Source: a virus
DNA length: 64,000 nt
IMG/VR virus record: IMGVR_UViG_3300047472_000449
Strand: one strand, 5' to 3'
Part shown: one piece after another, positions 62,084 through 64,000 of the stretch
Layout: every line of letters begins with the position of its first letter
Position numbering within the stretch: the stretch's first letter is position 1
Translations under genes and position numbers: made by a program
The notes under the pieces: generated by a model
What the model saw: the letters and a program-made list of their open reading frames with translations, nothing else
Told to the model about the DNA's origin: nothing
Database searches by the model: none

Positions 62084-62714
62084 TCATCCATTTGATGTAA
62101 ATAAATTGAGTGAACATGGATTCTATAAATCCTCCATCAATAGACCTTTTGCAGACATGCTGCTCATGGAAATCAAAAGAGAACAATTTCAGGAGGATGT
62201 CCCTGATGAGCCAGACTATGTTGGTTATGAGGAGAAATATTACAGGGATCGATACATCTCAGCTGTTGATAGAATTGATCAAAAAAAACGGAGCCCTCTC
62301 AAAGCTGTTATTGCAAATGCAGTCATTGAGTACCAAAAGGCGTTGATTCGATATTATACGGGTAGTGAGGATATCAGAGCGTCAAACGTGACATCCTATG
62401 AGGGTAGAAAAGGCTACATGATGGGGTGGCACCAGGACATCGGTGATCGATCCATTTCTGAAACAATAATTTATCTGAATGATTGCGAGTGGATGCCTGA
62501 ACATGGTGGTGAAATCGAGGTGTCTGAAGTTGAGCGAGACTGCAATGGCAAGGTCGTTGCGAGAAAGACGCTTGAGATCATCCCGCCCAGGCATGGTGAC
62601 GTAGTTATCCTTGAGAATCTGTCACCGCATTTTGAGCACCGCGTCCTTCCTTGGAATGCTGAGCACTCAAGGTTTTCCGTCATAGTGATTGCCGGGATGC
62701 TACATTCATATTGA
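62076..62714 (+). CDS. 2OG-Fe(II) oxygenase (prolyl-4-hydroxylase-like)
   Basis: WHQD, IIYLN, W...GGEI, P.HGDVVI, FEHRV, RFS. Confidence 0.88.
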   Translation: MFNHPFDVNKLSEHGFYKSSINRPFADMLLMEIKREQFQEDVPDEPDYVGYEEKYYRDRYISAVDRIDQKKRSPLKAVIANAVIEYQKALIRYYTGSEDIRASNVTSYEGRKGYMMGWHQDIGDRSISETIIYLNDCEWMPEHGGEIEVSEVERDCNGKVVARKTLEIIPPRHGDVVILENLSPHFEHRVLPWNAEHSRFSVIVIAGMLHSY

Positions 62715-62739
62715 CATTTTTACATATTATGTGTAGAAT
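62711..62739 (+). promoter_or_regulatory. sigma70 promoter
   Basis: TTGACA-17-TAGAAT. Confidence 0.7.
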
Positions 62740-62863
62740 GGCCGAACTGTCAGCATGATGGATCGGCCATTATGCTTTGGGGCTAGGGAGCAAGCCGTAG
62801 GCAGAGTTCATGTTCAGGGTGATCGGTAGTCATCACAATGAGCATCAAATATCCGGAGGCATC

Positions 62864-63490
62864 ATGCCAAATATGAAAGTCAGTTCACTAAAAGCTGCTC
62901 AGATGTTCATTTTTTACGGCGCAGTCTTCACTGCGACGTTTATTCCGGCACATGCCACCCTTGAGGCGCTCAGAGAGCCCGCATCAGATGCGTTCACCAT
63001 CGCTCTCCGCCTCGAAAAGCTTCCGACGCTCACATGGTCTGAGGAGGTCGATCAATACGCGGATCGCCTCATAGACGCCTACGATATTGCTCCCAACAAG
63101 GCCAAGCAGTTTGCGGGCTGGATTCTAGAAGCGTCAGACAGCAAGCAAAGCGCGGATCTGATTGCTGGTGTAATCATGACTGAATCGAGCTTTCGAACGA
63201 ATGTCACGTCAAAAGCGGGCGCAGTTGGCCCTACGCAGGTCAAACCGAAATACTGGTCAGATAGCTGTGGTGATCTTAATAATCCACTGGACAACATAAA
63301 ATGCGGCGCCATGGTGATTAAGAAATATACCGATATGGCAAATGGCAATCTTAAAACAGCCCTCATGATGTATAATGTAGGCCCTACAAACTACAAGCAA
63401 AACAAACTGGTGGACGCATCAAATCGTTACGTAACGAAGGTGGCCAGACACCTTGCAATGCTTGAAAATCCTTCGGTAGTAATTAGATGA
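62864..63490 (+). CDS. lytic transglycosylase (SLT domain) with N-terminal signal/TM
   Basis: LIAGVIMTESSF...S.AGAVG.TQV...NI.CG...ALMMYN.G. Confidence 0.88.
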   Translation: MPNMKVSSLKAAQMFIFYGAVFTATFIPAHATLEALREPASDAFTIALRLEKLPTLTWSEEVDQYADRLIDAYDIAPNKAKQFAGWILEASDSKQSADLIAGVIMTESSFRTNVTSKAGAVGPTQVKPKYWSDSCGDLNNPLDNIKCGAMVIKKYTDMANGNLKTALMMYNVGPTNYKQNKLVDASNRYVTKVARHLAMLENPSVVIR

Positions 63491-63711
63491 TTGACTTAAA
63501 ACATGCAGATGGCACGATTCTAACCAGGATAGAGGATATGGGTATAAAAGTGCATTCTGAGTGCAGGCGCGGAGTGTGTGGGGCGTGCGTCAGTGATTTG
63601 GTGTCCGGAGAAGTTGAATACGTGCGAAAACCACTTGCGTTTTATCGAGAGGGGCAAGTGGTTTTGTGCTGCGCGAGAACGAAGACGGACATTAAGGTGT
63701 TGCTGATCTAG
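63487..63711 (+). CDS. 2Fe-2S ferredoxin (YfaE-like)
   Basis: SECRRGVCGAC...LCC. Confidence 0.88.
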   Translation: MIDLKHADGTILTRIEDMGIKVHSECRRGVCGACVSDLVSGEVEYVRKPLAFYREGQVVLCCARTKTDIKVLLI

Positions 63712-63745
63712 CTCAGCTGCGCTGAGAAATAGCCAGCAGAGTTGG

Positions 63746-64000
63746 TTACCCCATCACGTGCGCTTGGAAATCATCGAGTTCCGCAGGGGAGATAAAATAC
63801 GACCCCTGGCTATCGAATTGAATATGGAAAATCTCTTCGTCGTACACCACGTACTCTTTTTCGAGCGAGGTGTTTTCCGGTGGGCGTTCATTGGTCGGTT
63901 CGATATCGATAAATGCGCCGGTGTCCACATCAATTGAAATAGGCGTGTTGTATTTCATACCAGAAAAAACACAGACTAAAGTTGCTTTTACAGCATTCAT
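63746..64000 (-). CDS. hypothetical acidic protein (start may lie at or beyond the window edge)
   Basis: ORF runs to the last base of the window. Confidence 0.6.
   Translation of the reverse strand: MNAVKATLVCVFSGMKYNTPISIDVDTGAFIDIEPTNERPPENTSLEKEYVVYDEEIFHIQFDSQGSYFISPAELDDFQAHVMG

Noticed and set aside
1-64000. rRNA, tRNA, CRISPR arrays, IS/transposases, integron attC sites
   Set aside because: No cloverleaf, repeat-spacer array, transposase motif or attC pattern recognised by eye; tRNAscan/ISEScan were not run.

Overview
A 64-kb stretch of a large Pseudomonas-associated mobile replicon (megaplasmid, or jumbo phage / phage-plasmid; there are no structural, replication-initiator or transfer genes here to decide). 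About 140 mostly short, mostly minus-strand ORFs, nearly all of unknown function. Recognisable by eye: a Pseudomonas-chromosome-like SSB, a CobB-like sirtuin divergent from two tandem 2OG-Fe(II) oxygenases, an SLT transglycosylase with a 2Fe-2S ferredoxin, an MqsA-type antitoxin, a stand-alone DUF262/ParB-fold protein, a tandem array of four ParB/Srx-fold genes, two HTH proteins and a degenerate PilT/GspE-like ATPase. The dominant unexplained structure is regulatory. About 40 near-consensus sigma70 promoters drive one- to few-gene cassettes, and at least 29 carry the same 7-3-7 palindrome (TGTCAAT-nnn-ATTGACA) built on the -35 box, which suggests a replicon-wide repressed regulon. The region is also full of tandem and dispersed paralog families, and has a cluster of two interleaved short repeats at 58.2-60.5 kb (origin-like or cassette-junction). 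No rRNA, tRNA, CRISPR array or IS was seen. All family assignments come from motif recognition by eye, not from database searches.
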